Shown piece after piece: positions 11,184-21,273 of a stretch of DNA of 26,024 nt (position 1 is the first letter of the stretch; each line of letters opens with the position of its first letter). The stretch covers positions 1-26,024 of the forward strand of contig NW_021835630.1 of assembly GCF_006345805.1 (NCBI RefSeq), given 5' to 3'. The position numbers and the translations under genes are program-made. The notes beneath the pieces were generated by a model, which saw only the letters and a list, made by a program, of their open reading frames with translations, was not told where the DNA came from and did not search any database. This stretch comes from Octopus sinensis (lineage: Eukaryota).

Positions 11184-11414
11184 AATTTCTTTACTACCCA
11201 CAAGGGGCTAAACACAGAGGGGACAAACAAGGATAGACAAAGGGATTAAGTCGATTACATCGACCCCAGTGCGTAACTGGTACTTAATTTATCGATCCCG
11301 AAAGGATGAAAGGCAGAGTGGACCTCGGTGGAATTTGAACTCGGAACGCAACGACAGACGAAATACGGCTACGAATTTCGCCCGGCGTGCTAACGTTTCT
11401 GCCAGCTCGCTGCC
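11184..11414 (-). mobile_element. SINE family B, full length, with target-site duplication
   Basis: Reverse complement of 8511-8749. The direct repeat CTGCCCATAGATTAAT lies at 11168-11183 and 11410-11425, partly overlapping the SINE 5' end. Confidence 0.92.
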
Positions 11415-11714
11415 CATAGATTAATGCCAGAGTGACAAAAGAACAAGTGCGTCACCTTAAAAAGTAGCGGTGATGACGTTAACCCCTGGTTCATGTTCAC
11501 TTTCATAGAATAATGTGATGATATTTGCTCAAGTAGGATCAGTATAGTGTGCTACAAGATCACAACACAGTTCTTGAGTTTTATTCTGTTGGGGATGCTG
11601 CGAGGAAAGCTTTATTTTTGATCATCCATGGCAGGAAGTCCATCTACTAAACATGGGATAGTAAAGTTAAATTGAGTTCTTTCTGCTCAGAAAAGCTGGA
11701 AAGAGCAAAAAGAA

Positions 11715-11902
11715 TTAATAATAGTTAAATAACGAAGGAAAAATCGATGACAGCAAGTCACCAAATGTTTCTAAATCAAAATCGGGGTTGTTCCAGTAGT
11801 GTCGAAGGAAATCGATTCGTTCTCTTTTCTGAAACCCAACTAAAAACTTAAGGGACTCCACTTCATCAGCAATAACCAGATGCGCCGCGCCACCACATCG
11901 TC
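11715..11902 (-). CDS. Candidate terminal coding exon of unknown gene
   Basis: A long polypyrimidine tract ends in ...AATACAG|GA. It is followed by a 61-aa open frame of normal complexity (RCGGAAHLVIADEVESLKFLVGFQKRERIDFLRHYWNNPDFDLETFGDLLSSIFPSLFNYY*) and AATAAA on the minus strand at 11611-11616 and 11580-11585. No family is recognised. Confidence 0.25.
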
Positions 11903-12337
11903 CTGTATTAATAGAGACTAGAGGGAAAGGAAGCAGGAAAGGCAGGTAGCTGAAGAGAGAGAGAGCGGGAAAAGCAAAAAGACAAAAAATTGCCCTCCCA
12001 TACACCCCCAAAATATTTATACTTCACAATAAAACGAGCAAAATATACGTGGTGGAGCCCATCTCTATTTAGGTCGAATTGAAGTTCACAGATTTTTGCA
12101 AAATAAACGAACTTATAGGACTAATGAATAAAAAGGAGGAAAACAAAGGAAGTGACAGTGTGTTGAGGACTTGGGTTCTGATGTTGTAGAGAGGTCGTTT
12201 GACGGACTGGGATTAGAATCCATAAGATCGGTCATACTATAGATTCGTATAGGAAATGGAAGGATTGTTACTTACTCTAGCCCAGGATATTTTCCATCAG
12301 CTTCTGGACATTACTCTTTCGTATTCTAGGGTTTATA

Positions 12338-12457
12338 GGGCAACGTGAAAGGAAGTGTTTTGCTCGAGAACAAAATGCCACGCACGGTCTGAGAATCGAC
12401 ATCACGATCTTGCGATCGTGAGTGTAACACACTAACCACTAGACGACATGCCTTCAC
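12338..12457 (-). mobile_element. SINE family C head fragment
   Basis: tRNA-like head (TCTAGTGGTTAG...GTCGATTCTC) and GAGCAAAACACTT, similar to 21155-21273. Confidence 0.8.
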
Positions 12458-12599
12458 TGAGATCTTTCAAATGTGGAAATTTTTTTTTATCAGTTGGTGA
12501 CACTATCATTATACACTGTCTTTGCTCATCAATTATTTAACACTGTTTTGTTCATCCTTACATATTTCGTTTTTGCTCTTTGAAGGCAGTAATTTCCTC

Positions 12600-13140
12600 A
12601 GGGTCCATTCTTGCCACATTGTTATGGCGACTTTTGTATCAGCGTTGTGCCAATTTCGGGCATTCGCTAACGATTAACCTCTTTCGCCACACATTCTGCA
12701 TTTGTCACTATCTGTAGTGTGGTCGATTCTGCATTTCATATAATTGGTCCTTAATGCTTGTTCCTGAGCTGCGCATATGAGTGCTTCTGTCTCTATCTTC
12801 AGGTCACTCTTTCTCTGTATCTGTTTTGGCGGTCTTCTGTATCTGTCTTGGAGTTGACATCTCTTGCAAACTGACCGTACATTTTCTTTCTTGTTTTTGA
12901 TAATTTCTTGTTTAAATTTATCTTTAGTTACCCAATTTTCAGTGTTGATAACGCTGGCTTTATTCATGTGTTTCAACAGTAACTCTACGGCATTTTATTT
13001 TATATACTAACCTAGGCTTCGATACAGTCCTGGTAACTTATTAAACCTTTCTCATCCTTTCTTCTGGACAAGTACGGAGTCACTCTTAGAGTGAAAGGCT
13101 CTGTGTACTGTCAACAGTTTTCTAGTCTTGGTATCTATTT
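12600..13140 (-). mobile_element. RLE non-LTR retrotransposon fragment (R4/Dong-like), pseudogenised
   Basis: IDTKTRKLLTVHRAFHSKSD ... DLKIETEALICAAQEQALRTNY ... CRMC ... IVSECPKLAQR*YKSRHNNVAR (CCHC knuckle plus RHN), with deletions and frameshifts. Confidence 0.88.
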
Positions 13141-13314
13141 TCTTCTTCTTCTTCTTCTTCTTCTTCTTCTTCTTCTTCTTCTTCTTCTTCTTCTTCTTCT
13201 TCTTCTTCTATTATTATTATATTATTATTATTATTATTATTATATTATTATATTATTATTATTATTATATTATTATTATTATTTTCATAATCATTATTAT
13301 TATCATTATTATTA

Positions 13315-13375
<61 letters not shown>

Positions 13376-13394
13376 TTCATAATCATTATTATTA

Positions 13395-13435
<41 letters not shown>

Positions 13436-13492
13436 ATCATTATTATCATTATTATTATTATTATCATCATCATTATCGTTATTATTATTATT

Positions 13493-13525
<33 letters not shown>

Positions 13526-13597
13526 ATCATTATTATTATCATCATTATTATTATTATTATTACTATCACTATTATTATTATCGTTATTATTATTATC

Positions 13598-13656
<59 letters not shown>

Positions 13657-13672
13657 CATTATTATTATTACT
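13141..13672. repeat. (CTT)n followed by ~460 bp (TTA)n/(TCA)n
   Basis: Direct reading. Confidence 0.97.
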
Positions 13673-13999
13673 AAGCGATTATGTCTTCTTTCTTCTTCAA
13701 CGTCCTTTGTAATGGCCGACACAGACCATTGTTAATTTCGTCGTTTTTGCCGTCGTTGCCATCATCGCCGCAGTTATAAGTTGCTGTTTTCTTTGGTTTC
13801 TCCTAAAACAACAACAACAACAATAAAAAAAGGAAACAAACAAAACAAAAATAAATACTCCGCCATACATTTACATTCCAAGATTTGTTTCATTTGTCAT
13901 CTGTTTGACAGGTGGCGCTTCGGTATACTAAATTCATCTTTTCCACCATTATCCTTCTGCCCCAACAACATGCCGCATTCGTTACAATCTTACGTTTTA

Positions 14000-14059
14000 C
14001 TCGCTCACTCTCTCTATCTCTCTTTCTGTCTATCTTTCTCTCTCTCTCTCTTACGTTTT

Positions 14060-14091
<32 letters not shown>

Positions 14092-15301
14092 TACGTTCTC
14101 TCTCTCTCTCGCTCTCTCTCTCTCTCGCTCTCTCTCTCCCTCTCAATTTCTCTCCCTCTCTCTCTTTCCGTCTTTCACCTCTCACACTCGTTCCATCTCT
14201 TTCTCTCTCTTACTTTCTCACCCTTTTCTTACTGTTTTTTCTTTTTGATTTTTCTTTTTTTTTTCTGTCTTCCGTTATATTTATTATTCTCTCCAACAAT
14301 GACACTCACCTCTCACTCCCTGCTCACTTCCTCGCCATAAATCATAAACTGACTTAGAAACAAATAGCGGTTAAAAATTGGCCCACGGTAATTACAAGCT
14401 TATTAAAATTTAAGATCTTTATTTAAATCTTACTTCAGACATGAGCTGGCTTATTGTTGATGTAGCGGAGATTTTTTTTTGTTGTTGTTGTTGCTGTTGT
14501 CAACTTTTTCTGTTGCTGTTGTTTTCACTCATTATGATGATGACGATGACGATGATGATGATCATGATTATGGTGGTGGTCGTCGTCGTATTGGTGGTAT
14601 TGATGGGGCTTGGTGGTAATGGCGATTTTGTTGTTGATGTTGGTGGTGGTGGTGGTGGTGGTGGTGGTGGTGATGGTCATGGCGATGATGACAGATGAGG
14701 ATGAGGAGAAGGAGGTGGATGATGATGTGATGATGATGATGATGATGATAATGATGACGATAAGGAGGGGAGCAGGAGGAGAATGAGGGGAGGTGGCTAA
14801 TGATGATGTTGAGGAAGAGGCGGTAGGAGTGGAGAGGGAGGAGGAATGGAGGGGTAGTGGTAGAGGAGGATGGAGAGAATGGGAGGTGGGGAGGAGGAAG
14901 GAGGAAGAAGGAGGACGAGGAAGAGATTGAGCAGGGAGAGATGAAAGAGGAGGGAAGAGATGAAGGAGGAGGGAAAAGATGGGGAGGGAGGAGAGATGGA
15001 GGAGGGAGAGAAGGGTGGAGGTGGAGGAGGAGATGATGATGATGGTGATGATGACAGTGATGATGATGATAAGAAGAATGAAGAGGAGGCGGAGGAAGTT
15101 GTCGCCATATTGTCGTCACCCGACTGCTTTTGTTGTTGTTGTTATTTCTTTTTATTGTAGAAGCTGTTGACGATGTTGATGACGATTAGAAGGATGACGA
15201 GAGGGAGGTAGAGGAGAAATGTGGTGGAGAATTTTTAGTTACCTGATTGCATTTTTGCTACAGTTCGTTGATTTTTGTTTTACTGTTGTTGTTTTTGTTG
15301 C

Positions 15302-15356
<55 letters not shown>

Positions 15357-15487
15357 GATGATGATGATGATGATGGTGATAATTACAACTGTTGTGAGTA
15401 GTGGTAGTGGTGGTGGTACTGCTGAAAACTAGTTCCAGAGATTATTGGTTTTTTGGGGGCACTTGTTGCTATTCTACTTGTCGATTT

Positions 15488-15536
<49 letters not shown>

Positions 15537-15580
15537 CGACGACGACGATGATAGTGACGGTGACGACGAATACGACGATG
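14000..15580. repeat. Low-complexity block: (CT)n, (GTT)n, (GAT)n, (GGT)n, purine-rich (GGA)n
   Basis: Direct reading. Short unique spacers separate the tracts. Confidence 0.9.
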
Positions 15581-15831
15581 GAGAGAAATATCATCCACTT
15601 TTGGTGTGTATATGCGAGTATGTGCGCGACTGTGTATTTCTGTGTATGTAACAGCTTGTGTATGTGCATGTGTGTGTGCGTGTGTGTGTGCGTGTATGTA
15701 TGTTTGTGCGTGTATGTATGTTTGTGCGTGTGTATATGTGTGTGTTTGTGCGCGTGTGTATGTGTCTGTGTACGTGCATGTGCATACGTATATCTATGTA
15801 TGTATGTACTGGGTACATCTATGTATATATA

Positions 15832-17046
15832 CAAGGGTTGGACAAAATAATGGAAACACCTTAAAATTTCAAACAAAAGATAGTGTAGGACCGCCTTTGG
15901 CAGTAATTACAGCCTGAATTCTACGAGGTATGAACTTGTACAAAGTTTGAATTGTTTCCAAAGGAATTTTTGTCCATTCTTCAACTAAAACAGTCTCCAG
16001 TTCTTGTACTGATAATGGTAGAGGATAACGACCCTTTCCTTTTTCTAAAGTGTACCATAAAATGTTCAATAATATTGAGATCTGGGGACTGTGGTGGTCA
16101 GATAAGATGTTCAACTTCACTAGAATGTTGTGTGAATTGGTGCATTACCATCCTGAAAGATTGCGTTTCCCTCCGGAAACAGTTCATCAAACACAAGTTG
16201 AACTTGATCAGATAAAATGCTTAAATAGTCTTGACTATTAATTCTGCCATGAAGGGAAACCATTGGGCCGGCGGATTTCCAAGATATAGACCCCTAAATC
16301 ATCACAAATCCTCCTCCATGTTTAACAGTTGGAAGAAAGCAGTCTGAGTCAAATGCTTCTTTTGGTTGTTTCCACACGTATACTCAGCCGGTGGTCGGAA
16401 ATAAAATAAAGGAAGATTCGTCCGGGAAAATAACATTCTTCCACCGCTCTAGGGACCAATTCTGTTGGTTTTACTCCACTCTAAATGCTTTGCAACGTTT
16501 ATTTTTGGAAGTAGTGGTTTTCTGATCGCAGCCCTCCCGTGAAATCCGACTCCCGGCGAACAGTCTTTGTGGAAACTGGGTTCTCGTGGTGATCATTAAG
16601 CTTTGCAGTAATTTCGAGAGCTGTACTTTTGTGATCCTTTCTAACAATTCGTGTAAGAGTCCGACGGTCCCTATCTGAAAGCTCTGGTTTTCTTCCGGAG
16701 TTTTGTTTCGACGAGGATGTTTTTCCCTTTTTCTCAAAGGCTGTCATTACTTTCGAGACAATACTTATTGATACATCAAGCATTTCGGCTGTTTTCCTTA
16801 CGCTAGCGCCTGCCATAGGAGCACCAACACATTGACCTCTTTGAAATTCGATAGAGCTGTCATTTTAATAAATTTTAATTAGTTTTCTGATTATATCTGA
16901 AAAGAATCAGCAATTTTAGCAAAACATATTAAGCAACACCAATAAATCAAAAAATATAAAATAAACAAGCTTTTGATGGTTTTATAGATATTTCAAAATT
17001 ATGATACTATGATGCTAGGTGTTTCCATTATTTTGTCCAACACCCG
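15832..17046 (-). mobile_element. Tc1-family DNA transposon, near full length, inactive transposase (~15869-16863)
   Basis: ~30-bp TIRs (..GTTGGACAAAATAATGGAAACACCT) flanked by TA. Minus-strand motifs: HTH GASVRKTAEML, SGRKPELSDRDRRTL, VSTKTVRRE, WKNVIFPDES, FQDGNAPIH (catalytic D appears as G), PPQSPDLNIIEH, IPRRIQAVITAKGGPT. Multiple frameshifts and deletions. Confidence 0.95.
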
Positions 17047-17209
17047 TATATATGTATATGTGTATGCGTGTGTGCATGTGTGTGTGTGAGCATACGTATA
17101 TTTATATATGTACTGAGCATATGAATGTATATACATATATGTGTGTGCGTGTCTGTTTATGCATGTGTGTGTGTGCGTGTGTATACATATGCCTATCTGT
17201 GTATATACA

Positions 17210-18047
17210 CGAGGTCTGATTAATAAGCCGCGTGGTACAGATTGACCTTGAACTCTGCTGTGCATGCACACTAAGTTTTAACGGTCTAGCTCTCTTCCGC
17301 TATCTACAGCAGTGCTTGGAAGAAAGGTGTGTAGCGTGTGATCGTCGCATTGACAATGACAGAGAAAACTGTCATGCCGATACCTGCTTAGAGACCTATG
17401 CAAAGCTACAGAATGCGTATAGAGAGGAGTGTATGAGCTGCACACAAGTGTACGAGTGGTTCAGACATTTACAAGATGATCGAAAAATGTCGATATTGAC
17501 GAACGTTCTGGGAGACCCGCAACAAGCAGAAATGAGAAAAAACATTGCAAATGTGCAAGCAACTGTGAAGGGAAATCGTCGAATCAGCATCCGTGAGTTA
17601 TCAGAGGATGTGCAGATTAGTTACGGTTCAGTTCAGTCCAATATGACTGAAGATTTGGGTATGAGACGCTTGTCTTCCCAGTTTGTGCCAAAACTGCTTT
17701 CAGCTGATCAAAAAGACACTCGAGTTTCAGTTGCACAAAATCTCTCTGATTGCGTCAAGAACGATGAAGAGGTTTTGAAAACTTTGCGAAGGCTTCTGAG
17801 ACGGTGTCGCAAACTTTTGACATAATTTGATGCAGATTATCTGCTCAACTTTTTGTTATGGTCAATGCGGCGATCACACACAACGCACCTTCCTTCCAAG
17901 CTGTAAACAGCGGAAGTAAGTCAGAGCGTTGGACCTTAGTGCACATGCGCAGCAGAGTTTAAGGTCAGTCTGTGCCAACCGGCTCCACTTTGCATGCTTT
18001 TGCTTGGTTACTATGGCAACAGTTCAGATACTCATTAATCAGACTAC

Positions 18048-18048
<1 letters not shown>
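17210..18048 (+). mobile_element. Mariner-family transposon, internally deleted (N-terminal DNA-binding region only)
   Basis: Termini CGAGGTCTGATTAATAAG / CTCATTAATCAGACTACG-TA. The ORF remnant reads ETYAKLQNAYREECMSCTQVYEWFR...NRRISIRELSEDVQISYGSVQ...LGMRRLSSQFVPKLL (WVPxxL-type motif). No DDD domain is seen. Confidence 0.9.
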
Positions 18049-18079
<31 letters not shown>

Positions 18080-18082
<3 letters not shown>

Positions 18083-18316
18083 GGTCCCGGGTTGATTCGG
18101 GGTTAACCACAGTAAATAAGGTACTCAATACATAGCAGAGTAAAATTAATTATATATAGAAGGAGCTTCTACAGGACTAGAACTGTTTCATTCAACACCC
18201 TTTAAACCTGCCTAAATGTATAAATGCCAATACAATTCTTGTTAACTAGCTTCCTGAAGATTTCTCTTGAATGAAACAGTTCTAGTCCTGTAGAAGCTCC
18301 TTCTATATAATAAATT
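18080..18316 (+). mobile_element. Small TA-flanked element with 43-bp perfect inverted repeat (probable Penelope-type pLTR derivative)
   Basis: Arms 18153-18195 and 18267-18309 are exact reverse complements. The right arm overlaps a hammerhead motif. Confidence 0.6.
18248..18298 (+). ncRNA. Type I hammerhead ribozyme
   Basis: AGCTTC-CTGAAGA-T-TTC(tctt)GAA-T-GAAA-CAG(ttctagtc)CTG-TA-GAAGCT. It has a 6-bp stem I, an intact CUGANGA/GAAA core, stem II, a 4-bp stem III and a GUA cleavage triplet (after 18292). Confidence 0.8.
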
Positions 18317-18385
18317 ATATATATATATATATATAGGTATGCATTGGTGCATACTTGGATACGTATGTATGTGGGTGTATGTATG

Positions 18386-18417
<32 letters not shown>

Positions 18418-18502
18418 TGTATGTATGTATGTATGTACCTACGTACGTATACGTGTGCTTGTTTGTGTGAAGGCGTGTGTATACCATGGCTATTATTATA
18501 TT

Positions 18503-18675
18503 TCTTTTGTTTTCTTTTGGCCATGTCTTTAGTCGAGCAAATATTCTTTGTAAGCCTAGTAATTATTCTATCAGACACTTTTGACGAACCGCTAATTTAC
18601 GGGGACGTAAACACACCAGCATCGGTTGTCAAGCGATGTTTTTTTGGGGGGGAGAGACAAACACAGAGACACAAA

Positions 18676-18742
<67 letters not shown>

Positions 18743-18914
18743 ACATATATACGACGGACTTCTTTCAGTTTCTGTCTACCAAATCCACCCACAAGGCTTT
18801 GGTCTGCCCGAGGCTATAGTAGAAGACACTTGCCCAATGTGCCACGCAGTGGGACTGAACCTGAAACCATGTGGTTGGCAAGCAAGCTACTTACCACACA
18901 CCCACTCCTACGCC
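18503..18914 (-). mobile_element. SINE family A
   Basis: Reverse complement of 2171-2566 including the head (CCACTCCTACGCC). Small deletions lie near the tail. Confidence 0.9.
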
Positions 18915-19127
18915 TTGTTATTTTGATCGATTTTGTCGGTTATTTCTTATCCCTATATCTGTTCCCTGCAGTAAGCATTCCCACCGACACATTTCCATCC
19001 ACCACCTTCTCTGCACTCCTTTTTTTATTTTTCCTCATCTTCTCACCTTTTACGCCCCATCAACATTTTTTTTTATTGATCATTAACTGATATCTTCTTG
19101 CTGAATTACCGTTTCACTTTACTTGTT

Positions 19128-19660
19128 GTATGTATGTATTTATGTATGTATGTATGTATGTATGTATGCATGTATGTATGTATGTATGTTTGCATGCATG
19201 TATGTATGTATGTATGTATTATGTATGTATGTTTGCATGCATGCATGTATGTATGTATGTATGTATGTATATATGTATGTATGTATGTTTGCATGCATGC
19301 ATGTATGTATGTATGTATGTATGTATGTATGTATGTATGTATGTATGCATGCATGCATGTATGTAAGTATGTATGTATGTATGTATGCATGTAAGTATGT
19401 ATGTATGTATGTATGTATGTATGTTTGTATGTATGTATGTATGTATGTTTGTATGTATGTATTATGTATGTATGTTTGCATGCATGCATGTATGTATGTA
19501 TGTATGTATGTATGTATGTATGTATGTTTGCATGTATGTATGTATGTATGTATGTTTGCATGTATGTATGTATGTATTATGTATGTATGTTTGCATGCAT
19601 GTATGTATCCACGCGTGTATTTATACATGCATGTACGCATATATGTATGTATTTGTGTGT
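19128..19660. repeat. (TATG)n tetranucleotide satellite with recurring variant blocks
   Basis: Direct reading. The block GTATTATGTATGTATGTTTGCATGCATG recurs three times. Confidence 0.95.
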
Positions 19661-20284
19661 GAGCACGTGTCATTTTTTTTTTACGTATTAACCAGTAATT
19701 GTGTTCAGGTGTCCCAAAGGTACCTAAATGATCATATCCACCCGAAATTAGAGGTCACCAACCGTAATGCTGCTGCACAGTAATTTGCCAAAATTGGATA
19801 TCTAGATACCTCAAAGTGTCCTGGAATACCATATTGTTATCTAACTGCTCCTCCGTGCCGCTATGTACCGCAAGCCTAATCTATGTGCTTCACCCCGTAT
19901 TGATGTGCTGCAGGTATTTTCTGTATGTTCGACAACACACTTAGGTATCGCAGTTGTTTTTAAGTGTGCTGATGGGCGCTGCCGTACCACAAGTAATATG
20001 TAGGTGTTTCACAGCGCTGCGGTGTGGTACGGTAATATGGAGGTACTTCAGAGGGTAGTGATATGCTGTAAGGGTATTCAGATGTCCTATAACAACGTGG
20101 TATGCCGCATGAAGTATCTAGGTGCTTTACAGTAAACCAGTGTGCCGCCAATGACATTTAAGTGCTATACAGCTTACTGATGTGTCACAATTGATACCTT
20201 TGAGTTGTAATGGTGTGTCACAGTGGTATCTTTGTATCCCACAGTACACTGGATTCCGCAAGTGGTATCTAGGTGCTCTGGAGG

Positions 20285-20626
20285 TGTTATATCGCAATAC
20301 TACATAGTGACTGTGTGAGCTACGAAATCCTCGTCGCCTCTGTTATATCGCAATACTAGACAGTGACTGCGTGAGCTACGAAATCTTCGTCGCCTCTGTT
20401 ATATCGCAATACTAGACAGTGACTGCGTGAGCTACGAAATCTTCGTCGCCTCTGTTATATCGCAATACTAGACAGTGACTGTGTGAGCTACGAAATCCTC
20501 GTCGCCTCTGTTATATCGCAATACTACACAGTGACTGTGTGAGCTACGAAATCCTCGTCGCCTCTGTTATATCGCAATACTAGACAGTGACTGCGTGAGC
20601 TACGAAATCTTCGTCGCCACTGTTAT
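20285..20626. repeat. Minisatellite, 6 x 56 bp
   Basis: Unit TGTTATATCGCAATACTA(G/C)A(C/T)AGTGACTG(C/T)GTGAGCTACGAAATC(T/C)TCGTCGCCTC starts at 20285, 20341, 20397, 20453, 20509 and 20565, with a partial unit at 20621. Confidence 0.97.
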
Positions 20627-21045
20627 GCCGCACGTTCGGGTGATTTCTACTCAACTCTACTCTCCTACTACTCTGTTCTAGTCTACACAGCTGTGCTCCT
20701 GACGTCTAGGCTTCTCCCTCTATATCTACGTATTGGGCTTGCCTACTTCATTATCTGTGGGCGTCCACACAACAGGAGGAAACTAGTGGGTGACAAGTGG
20801 TATCTTGGGGACCTAGAGGAAACTAATGTACTGCAAGTGGTATCTGGGTACTTTTCTGCGCACTGGTGTAAACGCAAGTATTATGTAGGTGCCTCAGACT
20901 GCAATCGTGCGTTGCAGCAGTATCCAGATGTTCAGCATAAAGCTGATGTGTAATAAGTAGTGCATAAGAGTGCCACCGCACACAGGTGAATCCCAGTGTC
21001 GTCTTAAAGCATGGGCACACTGGGCAGTTGTCCAAGGTCTCCGGA

Positions 21046-21273
21046 CTCATAAGGGCCGGTTTCCCGGCTTCCATTGCGTATATATTCCCCACCTGGATGG
21101 AACGCCGATCCTCGCAGGATTACTCATTCTTGTCAGCTGAAAGGACTGGACCGGAGCAACGTGAAATGAAGTGTTTTGCTCAAAAACACAACGCGTCGGC
21201 TGGTCCAGGAATCGAAACCACAATTTTACGATCATGAGTCCAACACCCTAACTACTAAGCCACGCGCCTCCAC
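21046..21273 (-). mobile_element. tRNA-derived SINE family C
   Basis: The minus strand reads GTGGAGGCGCGTGGCTTAGTAGTTAGGG (A box)...GGTTTCGATTCC (B box), then CORE-like TTGAGCAAAACACTT and a 3' region CCTGCG...CCATCCAGG...GAAACCGGCCC. A second head lies at 12338-12457. Confidence 0.85.

Noticed and set aside
4551-13140. The two minus-strand RLE fragments as halves of one split element
   Set aside because: Both contain the DxKTRxLL region with different sequence, and their order is reversed relative to the ORF.
20527-20533. CACAGTG, identical to the RSS heptamer
   Set aside because: It occurs in only one repeat variant and has no nonamer at 12/23 spacing. Such a match is expected by chance.
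20285-20626. CRISPR-like appearance of regularly spaced repeats
   Set aside because: The units are contiguous with no unique spacers, there are no cas genes, and the context is eukaryotic.
19960-20953. ORFs 19960..20157 (-) and 20693..20953 (+) as a 13-aa repeat protein
   Set aside because: Unit spacing alternates between 39, 40 and 41 bp, frames are interrupted by stops, and no peptide repeat is maintained.
21195-21273. tRNA gene (CAT loop) on the minus strand
   Set aside because: There is no proper acceptor stem. It continues into a SINE body and has a diverged paralogue at 12338-12457, so it is a SINE head.
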